From NCBI GenBank assembly GCA_951406725.2, contig OX597833.1, positions 32,240,001 to 32,304,000 of the forward strand: DNA of 64,000 bases, given 5' to 3'. The notes beneath the pieces were generated by a model, which saw only the letters and a program-made list of their open reading frames with translations, searched no databases and was not told the DNA's origin. The first letter of the stretch is position 1. The number at the start of each line of letters is the position of its first letter. Source of the DNA: Octopus vulgaris. Taxonomy: Eukaryota. Both the position numbers and the translations under genes were made by a program. Below, piece by piece: positions 23,995 through 39,385 of the stretch.

Positions 23995-26900
23995 ATTCTC
24001 TTTCATAGGGGAAGGCGCTTTAAGGCTACTCGTCGAAAAACCCACAAAAGCTACGGGTGCCTGACCAACAGAGAAAGAGTCCTTTTTTTCTTCACAAGCG
24101 CATGCTCAAAATGGATCCTTTCACACTGGCCATTTTCCCGACATTCACCCACCTTTCAACAACTTTGCTAGAAGGCAACACTTACCTCTCAACCCCCGCT
24201 TTCCTTTTCAAGTGAAACTTGAAGATGTTTGTGAGGGCTTCACCAAAGAGAAAAGTGTGTCTTTAGCCCTTTCAAGCATATCCACCACACTACCTCTTTC
24301 GCTACAGCCACCAGACAAATAAAAATTGCCTGCCCCTCCCGGCCAAAGGAGGGCGGTGGAGCAATCTTCACTATGGGTTCAGCTGATAGCCGGATCCGTC
24401 CTACACGCGACAGCAGGTGTTCGACATAAACACACACGTCAGCAATGCTCGGGCATTGGATGAGTGTGGACAGGACGGTTTCGTCGTTCGGGGCATATCT
24501 CGGGCAGGCTCGGCTGACGGCACTTCCGTGCCTGTAGAGTTTATCCCTGCCAGGCGATCGATTTCTGGAAGTTATCCGCAGGCCCCGGCTAGAAAGTCCT
24601 CCGGAATAGACCGGTTAGTTGATCCTAGTTGATGCCCAAAATTTCCCCGAGAACGTCGTCGCACTTTTCCTCCACTAACCCTGTATAGAACTCTAGAGTG
24701 GAACTATCAACGACCACACTGCCCGCCTGGCAGAGAACTGTAATCTCTTGACAGCATTCGAGGTCCCAAGCGCCCCTTCTCGGTCTACTTATCAATCAAA
24801 GAGACGAGCAGTGGGAGAGCGAATTTAACAAACGGTGACCGCACCTGCACACTGTCAAGGAAACGCTAGAGATGTCGCAGCCTGAGCGCATGTCTGTGCA
24901 TCAGCAACCACGGCATGTCCAGGACTCCATTCAGCGGCTGTTGACAACAGTGAAGCGCCTCACCAGCGGAACGCGACCCCTCCACAGAAAGCAGAAGAGC
25001 ATGCAAACCAGCTTGTTCAGCCAACATAAGGAGCAAGTGACGACGGTCAAGCAGTAATAGATGACGGATGCGATGTACGCATTCGCAATCTCGGCTTCCT
25101 CTCGGTCCATTTCTGAGTGAGGTTGGCCACCCTGTTAGTCACCACGTCCCAGTTTTTCTCTATTGGAGGTCCGAACCGAAACAGACCCTGAGCAGTTTAA
25201 CCGGACCGTCTGTCCAGCGCCCCACGACACTGTTGAATGGCATGGACTTGCTTTTCAGGTGCCGAGTTGAAAGCCTACTGACTTTTCCACGTTAATTTTT
25301 GTTCCTGTTACCGCTTCATATTCTGTTAGTGTGTCACTAATCAGGTCTATGTGCCTGTAGCTCGGCAATATGACATTGACATCGTCGACATAAACAGATA
25401 CGTTTCTTCCACATCCTATATCAAACGGGATACCGATGAATGCCACCAGCTTCCGCAGCTCAAGACTCAGTACATGCAGAAGGGAGGAGAGAGGGTACCC
25501 TTGACGAACCAAGCGCAAGATGCTGAGTGGTTCTGAGAGGTGACCATTCTCCTGAACTACCAAGTAGATGCCGCTGTACAAAGCAGCGATCCAAGCCGGC
25601 TGCCGCGAGAACAGCCACCAAATATTGGTGGTCGACCCTATCGAAGGCTTTAGATTGATCTAAATTGATCAGAGTCCACCCATGCCTTCTTCGTTACCCA
25701 TCCTCTCTATGATATAGTGCATGAATAGACTTGGTTGGGATGGCGCATGTTTGCGCTTCGCCAATCAGCTTGTCCATGGTAAGCGCCAACCTCTTGATTA
25801 ACATCTGACCAAAATCTTCAGCTCTTCAGAGTGATGGGCCTGAAATTCTCTATCATGTCCTCCTTGTTTGGGTCCTTTCTCAGCCGTGCGAGCACCCATC
25901 GACAAACAAAAGTAGGAATTCTCCCATTCTGTTGCCAGTTGCGGTAGACGTCTGTTAAGAAACCCGCAAGTCTGGCATAGAAATATAAAGCTCGTAGAGC
26001 AGACCATCCACACCTGGCGATCTGTCTGTCGCACAGCCATTAATCGCCTCCTGCATTTCCGCGGCTGTTATCGGCCTTTCGCAGTACTCCACCTCGCTGG
26101 TCGAGAGTCGCCGCAGACACCGAAGTCTGCTCTGTTATCCGTTATACCACTCGTCCCGAACAGTGGAGCAAAGTGCTGCTGAGAGGGCGAACACATCTGC
26201 TTCTGTTCAAACATCTCGCGCCCGTTCTAGTCAGCCAAAAACCAATGGATTTGTTGCCACCTTTTGCTTCCGCCAATCGAGCCCATCGAGCGGCTTTCGT
26301 TCTCTCTTCGCTTAGTGAACGTGCCTTAGATCTGACAACACAGCCTTCGTGTGTGACGTCGAAAAATTGGTCGAGGGTCAACCCCACCGCAAACACGTCT
26401 ATTGCCATACCTTTCCTAACTGCCCCATCTAACTTTCTAACTAAATCCTCCTCTATTCTATTTCTTTCTACCGCTAAAGCCTTACTAAACCAGATATATT
26501 CTACTCTAATTGCTCGTTTAAGAGCAAACTACCAGTTGTTGTTGAAAATTGCCACCGTCAACGCCCACTTAAGTAATTTACTAATCCGGTCTTTGTAAGC
26601 TTGGCACGCCGGTAACGACGTGTTCAGCTCCCAGTAACCGGGACCCTGTCCACAAGGCCTATCTAGGTCGACCGTACAGATCACGAATTTGTGGTTTGTG
26701 TAGCCGACCGTGTGAAATGTGGACAACCTATCCAACCTTATCTGCTGGCCTACAGAAAACTCTATCTAAATACGATCTCGATGACCCGATGCGATTTGTC
26801 CAAGTCCACATTGGCACATTCGGGTAATCTAGTCGGTATCTGTCTGAGCAGGTTTTCGAGGCTTTTACACTCCCTCTCTCCTATCAGATACTCCCACGCA

Positions 26901-27052
26901 ATCGAAACATCCATCTAAGACAGCGTTCCAATCCCCTACTAACACTTTCAAAACGTTCCCAGGAAAACCTCCAGACGCTTGAAGTAATCGGGCCAGCCTA
27001 CTCCTGTCGGAGCATAAACAGCCAGCAGTCTGAAGGCACTACGGTCACTGCT
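23995..27052 (-). mobile_element. Decayed L1/Tx1-clade LINE (APE + RT), 5'-truncated
   Basis: GPGYWELNTSL, VRQGYPLSSLL, VSVYVDDV and RVGRIRLSAE are homologous to ORF2 of 55106-60418. Confidence 0.85.
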
Positions 27053-27313
27053 TGTGACCTTGTTTCCAAGGCGACCCGAGGCCTCTGGCATTTATACAAC
27101 CAATTTAGAGCATGACCATGCTGAAAACATATTAATGGAGGAGAGCATTACTTCCTGCAGTTGTCTAGTGGGGTAGCCCCTTTGGTCCTTCGTGTGGGTT
27201 TTTCCACGAGTAGGTTTTTCTAGAGTCTTTTTGAAAAAGTTTTCTAAAATATGATGATGATGATGATGATAATAATAATAATAAGCTCTCTTCCTCCTCC
27301 TCCTCCTCTTCCT

Positions 27314-27376
<63 letters not shown>

Positions 27377-27377
27377 A

Positions 27378-28054
27378 ATGCCCTGATGCAGTACCAGGCT
27401 ATGGCTCTCATGGCTTCTGATCTTAACTGATTGGAAGTGTTATCATGAACATTGTTTTCTACTCAATACCACAGATTTGCTCGTCAGTTGTTTGACCTTA
27501 ACCAGTTGAGCATGTCCCTTAAGAGCTGACGATATGTGCATCTCTGATCACGAGCAGAAGTAGTGGGGTAGCATCATAGCCATATGTTGAATGGAATTCT
27601 TTGGGATTTGAATAATTCACCTCGGGATGGGCTACTCGATCTGAAGAAGATTCTAACTGGGCCCCATTATTAATAATAATAAATGTCTTGATGCTATACC
27701 AGGTAATGGTTCTCATGGCTTCTGATTTTAACTAACTGGAAATGTTATAATGTATATGTTTTGTCTTGCAGTAATAAATAAGCTACAGTAAATATTCTGC
27801 TTAATATCACAGATTTGCATGTTAGTTGTTTGATCTTAACTATTTGAGCATGTCCTTTAGTGGTTGACGATATGTGCATCTCTGATCACAAGTAGAAGTA
27901 GTGGGGGGGATTCTTGAGAGGGATTCTTTGTGGGTTGAGTAATTGACATAGGTATTCCGTTCATCATCCTTAAACAACCCTTATTCAGGAACTTTTTGAG
28001 CGGGTTGGACCACTCGACCTGAAGAAAATTCTAACTGGACCCCACCTGCAAGGT
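27378..28054. mobile_element. Two tandem partial copies of family N, inverted relative to 17664
   Basis: Both start ATG(C/T)C(C/T)TGATGC after AAT repeats and end near CTAACTGG(G/A)CCCC. Confidence 0.8.
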
Positions 28055-28069
28055 GATGAAAAAGAAACA

Positions 28070-29640
28070 AAAAGTCATACCAGAAAATTTCCAAAACAGG
28101 CGAAACTTCCCAGGGCTGCTCGTGGAAATTCCATGAGCTCTTGTTCGCTCTGATCACTAGTACTCTCTGTTCATCTTCCTCCCTCAATGTACTGTGCATG
28201 CTCGAGCAGTTCCGTTCACTTGAACCATTCTTTCAACAAATTTGCAGGAGGGAAATACTGCCCTTTCTGTCCTCATTTTCCTTTTCAAGTAGAACTTATT
28301 GATTAGGACTTGGCCAAAGAGGAAGCCCTTTCAATCTGGTCCACCATACAACCACTTTTACTAATGCCACCAAGCCGATAAACACTGTCCTTCCCGGACA
28401 ACGGAAACTGGCAGATAAGCTTCACAAGGTACTCAGCCGATAGCCAGATTTGCCCTACACGCGACAGCAAATATTGACATAAACCCTGCAGCCAGCAATG
28501 TTTGAGCTCTGAACGTGTGCGTACAGAACTGTTTCGTCGCTCTGTGCTCATTTCAGGTAGGTCCAGCTGACAGACACTTCCATACTTGTAGAGTTTATCT
28601 CGAACCGACAATCATTCCCCTGTAGCAAGGCAAGAATTTTCTGAAAATTATCCATGGGCCCCGGCTCGAAAATGCTCCGGAACAGATTAGCCAGTTGATA
28701 CTCGACGACACTGTCTCCTCATGAACGTTGTTGCACTTGCCCACCTCTAAACCTCTACAGAATACCAAATGGAACTTCCACTGATCGCATTGCAGACAGG
28801 CAGAAGGCTATGAGCACATGATGGAACTCTAGCTGTAAGGGCCCTACCTTAGTCTACGATTGAGCCAGAACTGCATCACACTCAAAGAGACGAACTGCGG
28901 AACAGCGAATGTGACAAAGGGCGATCACACATGCTCACTGTCAAATAAAGACTGGAGATGTTTGCGTATCAGCGACCTCGCCATGCTTAGAGTGTGTTGT
29001 CAACGATTTGAGCGCTTGACCAGTGGAACGCGTCCCTTCTACAGAAAGTGAAAGAGTAGGCGCTCCAGTCCGGTTTGATAAAGTGGTGATATATGACAGA
29101 GGGGGATGTATGCATTCACCACCTCCGCTCGATCTTTCAAGTATAACTTTCTCTCAGCCCATTTCTGGATGTGACTGGCGCCCTGTCTTGTCACCTTGTC
29201 CCAATACTTCTCTTAGAGATCTGGATCAAATCAGGCAATGAGCAGTTTAAACGAGAGAGGACAACCTTGACAGACAAAATGCATGATTCTGAGTGATTCC
29301 GGCAAAGGACCATTCACTCGAACTACAAGCAGATGTCGCTGTACATTGCGGCGATCCAACCATGGAAAGCAGGACTGAAACTGGTCGATGTGAGAACAGC
29401 AGTCCGCCACCAACCACCTCCACCGTGCTGCCAATCATCACTTCTCGTATTTCCACAGCTGTAATCAAACACTAATGAGCTTTCCGGATGCCCGAAGAAA
29501 TCCTAGTCTGAAGGCACAAACTTCGCTACTATTCACACCCAGGACCACCGACTTAATTTCTGGGTCCAAGAAAATGATCCAGATCTTGAGATCCAGATCT
29601 TTCCGAAACAATATCGCAGTATCCGCCAAGGCACCCGTGA
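28070..29640 (-). mobile_element. Heavily deleted Tx1-clade LINE remnant
   Basis: VRDKLYK, LLSRVGQIWLSAE, VCQGCPLS and an APE fragment (IFRKDLDLK..FLDPE) at about 29560-29620. Confidence 0.75.
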
Positions 29641-30837
29641 CATTGTTTTAGTTGAGTTACTTAACTATCAATGACTTCTGGTTGAGATTATTTTAGTTCG
29701 TTGCTCTACCTTCGTATTGTTTTACTAACAACTTGCCCGCATATTTCCTATATTCCAACCAACTTTGTCATTTGTACATAACGTGAATATCCAAGGCATA
29801 ACAGAAACGGAGTTTTGTTTACTAGCTCTTGGTTTAATTTTTGAACGATGGCTTGTCTCAGTTCTTCGTTCTTCTCCTCATTATCAATCATTTGAAGTTC
29901 CTCCTCACAGTTTTTTGTTGATGTCATTTGCTATTGACTCTTTAGTGATTTCATTCTCTTTTGTCTTCTTTTGTATACCCCGATAGTTTAATACTTTCCT
30001 TTGCAATATTTATCTCTATTGTCACATGATAGTGGTCCATAGGCCACCTCCTACTCTATTCCCGGAGTTGTGCTTGCTGGCAATCTGAAAACTGGGGCTC
30101 ATTGCTCTTGTTGCCATTTCGGCTGGTATCCGCTGCTTTTCTTCCTCGTTTTCTTTTTTTATGCTTTTCGTTTCTCCTGGGCAAAAAACCCTGAAGATGT
30201 TTTTACTATGTCATGTACAACAACTGGGTCTATTTCCCTGCATATTCAATTTTACGCTCCATCCTCGGCGCCCTCAGATAGATACAACTCCAATATTGAC
30301 TTGTGAATCTCAGAGGTCTAACTTCCAAATTCATTTTCCTTTTCGTGCTACATTTGCCCAGTCGCATTCACCCGCTTATAATGCAATAGAGCAAACTCAT
30401 ATCGTTCTAACATCCCACATTGTCATCCTTATATTTCTAGAGTAAAGTGCATGGATGGAGGCATATATAATTATTTCAGTATCTGTTTTGTTTGAGTCTT
30501 GCACATGTATCTATCTATGCGAGCATTCTTAGATTGTTGGGCTGACAGAAGTTTCAGTTGTAGTTAAACCATAAGTCAACCCTCATCAAAAAGCGGATGT
30601 GTTCCTGCTGTGACTGCCTTTTCATTGTTGACAGCACTATCTATCGTGGTGATCTAGTTTTAAGACAGCAGGATGTTTGAGGGAGATTTGGTTTTATTTC
30701 TAGCCGATAGAGCTACTACGTACAGGCTCGCTCACTTGCTCTCAGACATTGCGCATGACAGTTATGAAAATGATGGAAAGAAACAAGAATTAGACCCTAT
30801 TTTTCTGATCTCTATTATTTAAATTAATTCTGTGAAT

Positions 30838-31258
30838 AGGTGCAGGCGTGGCTGTGTTGTAAGACTTTTCCGTGACGCTTTGGGTAAGGGTCTTCTACAA
30901 TAGCTTCGAGCCGACTAAAATCTTGTGAGTGGATTTGATAGACAGAAACTGAAAGAAGCCTGTCGTGTGCACACACACGCGCATACACACACACACACAC
31001 ACATACACATACACACACAGAAACACACACACGCACGCACAAACATACGCGTGTGTTTTTATGTCTGTGTTTGTACTCCACCACCTCTTGACAACCGGTG
31101 TTGTTGTGTTTACGTCCCTGTAACTTAGAGGCTAGGCAGAAGAGACCGATAGAAGTACCAGGTTTTACAAAAGAATAAATGCTGAGATAGATTTATTCGA
31201 CTAAAATCTTCCAAAACGGTGCTCCAGCATAGCAACAGTTTAATGACAAGTAAAAGAA
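30838..31258 (+). mobile_element. tRNA-derived SINE (type B) with internal (CA)n
   Basis: Homologous to 18340-18718. Confidence 0.82.
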
Positions 31259-31443
31259 GAGATAAAAAAGTTGCCTTATCAAGAATTTTCGATTTTATAT
31301 TCAGTTAATTCCCTCAAAATGTCTAGAAACTAAAGGAACTTTTATGATGGTACATGATCTGCTAAAAACAGTAGTCAATTCTTCCTCAAATCACACCCTA
31401 CCATCTTTAAAAGGGAAAGACACCGTTTACAACGCAAGGTGAT

Positions 31444-31497
<54 letters not shown>

Positions 31498-31613
31498 GCG
31501 TGTGTGTGTGTGTGTGTGTGTGTGTGAATATAATATAGATATATTTAACGAAGGGAGAGAAGGGAGTATAATAGAGTAGAACAAGACAGTGAGAGAGAGA
31601 GAGAAAGAGAGAG

Positions 31614-31678
<65 letters not shown>

Positions 31679-32149
31679 GGGGTTGAATAATAGCACCAAA
31701 AGTTGGCAAAATTTCTAATAGCATTTTACTAATAGGTGGGATATTTACGTCAAAGCAACTAAATTGAGTCAGCCGTTTGGAATTTAGGGCTTTGGTACAT
31801 GTTTTTGGTTTATTTCAAACTTTAGATCTTTCTTCCTTCTCCACCTCCAACTCTTCCGCCTTCTTGCATTCTTCTTTCTTCTTTTCTGTCTTTCGTTCTT
31901 TTTTCTACTTTTCTCTTTCTCTTTCTTTGTTTCTAATCCTTTTTGTCTATCTGTCCATCATTCATGTTTTCCTCTTTCCTTTTCGTTTTCTCAAACCTTA
32001 CCTCTCTCTCTCCTCCTCCTCCTCCTCCTCCCCCTCCTCCATTAACTTCACGTAATTTACGTACTCTGTTTAAACGCAAAATTCCTCCACCCTCTACATC
32101 AGACAACCACCTACTTCTCTCTCTCTCATCTTTCTCTCATCTTTCTTTC

Positions 32150-32195
<46 letters not shown>

Positions 32196-32652
32196 GCCAA
32201 CGTATTTCACCCCTTCACATCTTTATTGTCTCTATCCCTTTCATTTTCCTTTTATGTCATATTTTTTCTCTCACCCTTCACTCTTTTTCTTCTCTTCTCT
32301 CAATTATACTTTCTTTCAGCCTTCCCCACCCTGCTCCACGCTGTGCCACCCTCATTTGCCATTATATCTGGCACCAACACTTCCCTTTCGTCTGTTGTTC
32401 CGATTTAATTCCATCGCATATCGCCTTTCTTCACACATGCGCGCGCACACATCTACATTGAGATACACATAACTGCGTACATATATGCACATCACGCACA
32501 TACGTACATACGTGTGTGCGCGCACATATATATATATACATATGTACATATACTCTCACACATATACATATATACACATAAATACAAATATGTATGTGTG
32601 TGTGTGTGAGTATATATATATGTATATATATGGGCTGAGGCTCAAATAATTA

Positions 32653-32705
<53 letters not shown>

Positions 32706-32712
32706 CATACAT

Positions 32713-32751
<39 letters not shown>

Positions 32752-33098
32752 AACACGCACAGACATTGTATCTCTTTACTTCGCGTCTTTTCCCTGATGT
32801 ATTTTTAAATTCAATATACAGCTGGGTTGTACACGTACTCCCGCCATATGCACACATACTTATTTATGCAAACGTATTTACATAAGCACCCAGTGAGAGA
32901 GGTGGAAGTGATTGATCGAAATTATAACGCGTAATAAGAGAGTGAGAGAAAGAGAGATAGAGAGAAGGGGTGTGGTGAATAAATACAAGCTGAAACAGGA
33001 GGGAGGAGGTAAAAACCAAGAGATAATATTACATATATACATGTACATGCACGCACACATGCACACACATTACATATACACATGCATCTATCCATCCT

Positions 33099-33153
<55 letters not shown>

Positions 33154-33190
33154 ATACATAATAGATACATATATGTATACATATATATGA

Positions 33191-33241
<51 letters not shown>

Positions 33242-33265
33242 CATATATAACGTATATAATATATA

Positions 33266-33391
33266 CAGGTGCAGAAGTGCTTACCAACCACATGGTCCCG
33301 GGTTCAGTCCCACTGCGTGGCACGTATAATTTCGGGCCGACCAAAGCCTTGTGAGTGGATTCGGTATTCGGAAACTGCAAGAAGCCCGTAC

Positions 33392-33471
<80 letters not shown>

Positions 33472-33660
33472 TCTGTTTGTCCCCCAACATCGCTTGACAA
33501 CCGATGCTGGTGTGTTTACGTACCCGTAACTAAGCGGTTCGGTAAAAGAGACCGATAGCAGAAGTACTAGGCTTACAAAGAATAAGCTCTGGGGTCGATT
33601 TGCTCGACTAAAGGCGGTGATCCAGCATGGCCGCAGTCAAATGACTGATATAAGTAAAAA
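33266..33660 (+). mobile_element. tRNA-derived SINE (type B) with internal (TA)n(TG)n
   Basis: Homologous to 18340-18718. Confidence 0.85.
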
Positions 33661-33786
33661 AAAGAGTATATATGTAATGTATATACACACAATTATACAT
33701 GTATAGGTGTGTGCGCGACTTTATGTGTGCGCGGCTATATGCGTGTGTGCATGTGTGCATGTGTGCATGTGTGCTTGTGTACGTGT

Positions 33787-33872
<86 letters not shown>

Positions 33873-34701
33873 AATAATCTGAGAATTTCTAGTATAGACT
33901 TAAATGCGTTGTTGAGTAGTCCCAGGTCAAGCCAGATCCAGCAGACTACAGCAACTGCGACTGACTGGGCAATGCCTCACATGGTTGTAGTCCGATGATT
34001 GAAACTAGAAGCCTCCACCCCCAAAGAAAAATGAATAAAAAGAAATCTGAATCACATATTTTCAGAAATTGTATATTTAGAACTGTATTATCAGCTTATC
34101 TAATGTGTCCTTCCTTTTTTCAAGACCTCAGGTTATGATTTCAGGCTAAGCTGATTGCTATTTCTAACAAACAGAACAACTGCGTAGAGGTTCTTCTAAC
34201 ATGATTGCTAAGACGATGATTGTATTGTCCAAGCTGACAACGTCGGTGATTCGATATGTACCAACCACGTCGACGGTGGTAATGATGGTGATGTCGAAAA
34301 GGATAACGATAGCGATGATAATGATGCCTACGATGATAGTGACAATGATATTGGTAATAGTAGTGGTGGTGGTGATGGTAGTGGTAGTGATGGTGGAGTT
34401 AAAGTGTAAAACTTGATCTTTTTGTTTTTGTCTGTAAAACGTACGCCCTTTTACTCTAAAAATGTTTCGAGTCGAGCTTTATACAGAATTATTTCTATTG
34501 ATAACGTCTTCCAAAAAACTCAGCCAGTCACACAAGAAACTAAGTATTCTTTATAAGAAACATTCCCTCTTTTCCTCCCCTCATCTTTGCATAGTTTACA
34601 TTCCAGTTCCTGTGTGAAGCACTGAGCACATTTCCAATGGAGGCTATACATCTGATATAACTGCTTCTGTCTTAAATATACCTCAACTTACACATACACA
34701 C

Positions 34702-34781
<80 letters not shown>

Positions 34782-34816
34782 CTGTTTCTGTCTGTCTCTC
34801 TGTCTCTTTCTTTCTC

Positions 34817-35332
<516 letters not shown>

Positions 35333-36127
35333 CATACATATATATGCAGTATATATACACATGTGTGTATATGTATATATATATATAGTGCTCACGGAAC
35401 AACCTACCTACCTACCTACCTACCTACGTTCTCCCCTCTCAACTCTCAACCAACCTACATATATACATATATACTCTTTCACTTGTTTCAGTCATTTGAC
35501 TGTGGCCATGTTGGAGCAATGGTGCGCGTTTTTCCCCAAAATATTCTATTGAAATCACCTTCTGCCATATATGCTGAAGACCAGGCTTTGGGTAGACCCG
35601 GACAACTGCCAGGTGTGAGTTTTAGTGCTACGGTAGACTCACCCGTATCTATTTTTAGACTGATTAGTAAAAGAATGTAATAAATTTAAAATAAAGCGAT
35701 ACAGTGTAGTTAATATAATGAGTTACAAATATATTTATTCAGTTTATTATAAGCAAGTCTGTGTCCTCAGCAACTGTGTGTTGTTTGTTTATGTGAGAGG
35801 ATAGCAACCAGTATTGTAGAAACAAAATAAAAATGTCGGTAAGTTTTGGCACAATATACAAATGCAGTGCCTATCTGTCTGGTCGTTAACATTATTTTTT
35901 AATGAATACAGTACGTACCAAGAGTACTTTCTTGATCTAAATTACCTTTTCGGACATAACAACAACAAAACATGGGTGTAACTGTAAAGAATGATCAAAT
36001 GGTCTAAAGTTCAAGTAGCTGTTAACCATTAGCAATATTTGTTTTGATAGTCATGATGTTGGTCTCATATTGTCGCTGTATGTCCATGTATGCTCAGACA
36101 GATTTTATAATTATCAATACCCTATAA

Positions 36128-36690
36128 TGGCATCAAAGAGAGGACATGCCTACACAGTCAGTAGGTGGTAACATTCGTGAAGGAGCAAGGCAACCGAGCT
36201 GCTGTAATGCATTTCGGGTCTCACTCTACAGTGAAAATAGTTGGGTCTGACTTAAACAAGAGGAGAAACTTCAGTAGATTGGAAGATCTAAACACAACCC
36301 TCGCATACCGAAATCTAAATGGGTGAAACTGTAAAATGAGATAAAGACATGGGTTTTAAATTAACGAATCCAAGATTTTAGTCTCGGTTAAACGAATCAT
36401 GCGGGATGATGCTATAGAGTCATGAAACAAAACAGATTAGCCATCCGAACAAAAATGTCAGCAGAGAACCAAAACTATTTGAAATTTCCCAAAAATCAAT
36501 AAATTTTGAAGTGATTGCAAATATGAGGTGATTCCCCATGAGGTTTGCTATACCAAGCAATAAGTGTGTTGATGTAAAAAGCACCAAACCTGTGACTATT
36601 AAAATCTCTGGCCATGAGAAATCACATTTTATATGTATATTAGCTTGTTGTGCTGATGGCACCAAATCACTACCTTTACTCATATTCAGG
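36128..36690 (+). pseudogene. pogo-family (DDE_1) transposase remnant
   Basis: MASKRGHAYT start, IANM..PMRF and TKPVTIKISGHEKSHFICILACCADGTKSLPLLIF match the pogo/Tigger DDE_1 motif pattern. Confidence 0.75.
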
Positions 36691-36779
36691 GACAATTCAT
36701 AGTATTTTCCCATTATGCGCCAGTAAGCAAGCAAGCAAGCAAGATTCAAGTACATTTTTAATGTATTACAGATATAAAC

Positions 36780-36910
36780 CGTCTAAGAAAAAAATACACA
36801 GAGAAAAGAAGCATGAATTAAAGTCTAAACACCAATTTGCTGAAGTAATGGAGAAGATAAAACAAAAATTGCGAGCCAAAGCTACATGCAAACGCCGTTT
36901 CGAAAATTGA
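36780..36910 (+). mobile_element. Small R4/Dong-like N-terminal fragment
   Basis: EVMEKIKQKLRAKATCKRRFEN resembles EIKEKLKQDILAKAQRIRRYEK of family A. Confidence 0.45.
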
Positions 36911-37140
36911 TCCCAGTTCTTCAGAAGTAACACACTGGATACAGCACCATCAAAATAGAAGCCCCCAGTGCAAGATAATCGCGTTAATATCACTGCGATT
37001 TAAAATCTCTCTCCTCCAACTTCTTTCTCTGTATGGGCTCATTAATCAGTCCTTTGTTATTTTTGAGTCAAAATTATTAATAGTTGAGCGAAATGATAAT
37101 CTGTTGCATTGAGGACTTTTCTATACTGCTGCTGCTGCTG

Positions 37141-37182
<42 letters not shown>

Positions 37183-37183
37183 T

Positions 37184-37248
<65 letters not shown>

Positions 37249-37470
37249 GAATATATGTGTGCGTGCATATACACACACACATAAACATACATATAACACA
37301 CACACATGTAATAATTATGCAACGTATGTATATATGAATTTATATACCGTGTATGTGTCCAGGTGAAGAAACAATTTTTTACCTGTTTATATTTATGAAC
37401 AAACACAAATACAAAAGTCAAAAACATTGTATATACATTAGCGTGCATATGTGTCTCCGTTGTGTTTTGA

Positions 37471-37536
<66 letters not shown>

Positions 37537-38012
37537 TCTTGTTTTGCTTACGAATTAATCAGGAAGCGGAAATGTGTGAACGGAAACAGCATTTTCTAAA
37601 GAATTTCGATGGAAGGGGAAGCTGTAGACGCCAGCATTCCTTCTGAAACTACTGTACTTCATACAGCTGATGTTAAGCATGAGTTTCCAGAGGCCTCTAC
37701 CTGCTCGAAATAGCAGCCAAATCTCTGTTAAACCACACCATAACGTCTTCAGCAAGGGCACATTGGATTCGTTATGCACGTTTTCTGAAGAAAAAAAATA
37801 GGCGTGATGTCCACTGGCAGAATACATTTGGTCATAGACCTGCTCAGTCAGTGCTGATCTGGGTCTAAACAACTATAACAACAACAAAAACAATAACACC
37901 AACCAAGAAGAGGAGGAAGAAGAAGAAGAAGAAGAAGAAGAAGAAGAAGAAGAGAAAGAAGAAGAAGAGAAAGAAGAAGAAGAAGAAGAAGAAGAAGAAG
38001 AAGAAGAAGAAG

Positions 38013-38043
<31 letters not shown>

Positions 38044-38189
38044 GTAGTCACCCTTGCTTGGGCTGTTAGAAATATCAGCAAAATTCTCATCATCGTACCA
38101 TACTGTAATGAAAAAAAGAAAGGACACATTTAAAGTAGCCTCATATATACGAATGATACTTTAACGTGGGTCTCACTAGAGATTTGTAT

Positions 38190-38540
38190 TAATTAAACTT
38201 TGTCTTGCATGACACATTTGTTTTATGAAACCTTTTTTACGAAAATCCCTTGTCTTACACGAGCTTTGTCTTATTTGAGCATTCTCTTACATGAGTTTAG
38301 TCTTACATGTATTGTGTCCTACTTGGACTGTCTTACTTGAGTCCTGTTTTACTTGAGCTATATCAGACTTGAGCTTTGTTTTACTTGATCTTTGTCTTAT
38401 GTGAGTTTTTGTCTTGAGCTTTGTCTTATGTGAGTTTGTCTTAGACGAGTAGTATAATATTCTTACTTTGTGGTATGCGAGCTTTATCTTGCATGAGATT
38501 TGACTCATTTGATTTTTGTCGCGCTTGAAAGTTGTCTTAA
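38190..38540. repeat. Degenerate minisatellite with ~17-20-bp GAGCTTTGTCTTAY units
   Basis: About 15 or more diverged units visible. Confidence 0.65.
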
Positions 38541-38599
38541 TTGACTTGAGCTTTGAGTGGTCGTCATAGACCTGACCAAAGATGAAGTGTGTGAGGGAG

Positions 38600-39385
38600 T
38601 CGTTTCTGAAGAGGCACTAGTTTTAGTAATGTTATATATGAGATTATTATGGCTGCAATCAATTTGTCAATGTAAGTGTAACGACCTTTTCCTCTTCTTA
38701 CATCAACATGAAGTAGGTTCCACAAGACTAATTTAAATGCCTCCAGTTCAGGATGGCTCACAGAATGACCAGATAGTCGCAGCCGTCTCTGCTTGATCTT
38801 CTCGTTTCCGCAGGACTCCATAAAGGCATTCATTTGTCATATGTTCACATTTAGGGCCGTTCGTGGCATCCTTGTGTGGAATCCATTTAGCCCGTTTGAT
38901 AATTTCTTTGTCAGTGTCCATGTTTCACTGCTATATAATATCATTATTTGACAGTTGCAATGAGTAGCATGATTTTGATTTGCCTGAGCAGGCTGTCCAT
39001 GCTTGTGCCATCCTGATCTTGATATCTGCTTCCAAACTGCTCACCAAACCACCTAAGTGCTTGAAGTCTTCAGCAACATTTAACTTGGAACCGCTGAAAG
39101 CAAACAGTTCAGTATCACTTGATTGGTTGAAAGACATGTATTTAGTTTTCTTGATATTTGTGTGCAGTCCTATCTTTGCAGCTGATGTTTCTACTCTGCT
39201 GAGCAGCTGTTGTGCTTAAACTATTTGATTAGAAATGAGTGCTATATCATCTGTGAAGTCCAGGTCAGTGATGGTTACTGCTGGTTCTCTCTGCAATATT
39301 TATCAGTCTATGGTAAGACCAAGGTATTCGTCACTATTGTCTATAGTCTGCTGCATTTCATAAGCCAATGCAATTGCAAACAATA
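38600..39385 (-). mobile_element. Decayed RTE-clade LINE (RT C-terminal half)
   Basis: TITDLDFTDDIALIS, GLHTNIKKTKYM, EDFKHLGG, IKQRRLRLSGH, RGKGR.TYID. Confidence 0.8.

Noticed and set aside
29760-30445. Possible ORF1 remnant of the adjacent decayed Tx1
   Set aside because: No recognisable motif could be read.
38190-38540. CRISPR-like array
   Set aside because: Eukaryotic context, degenerate units, no unique spacers and no cas genes.
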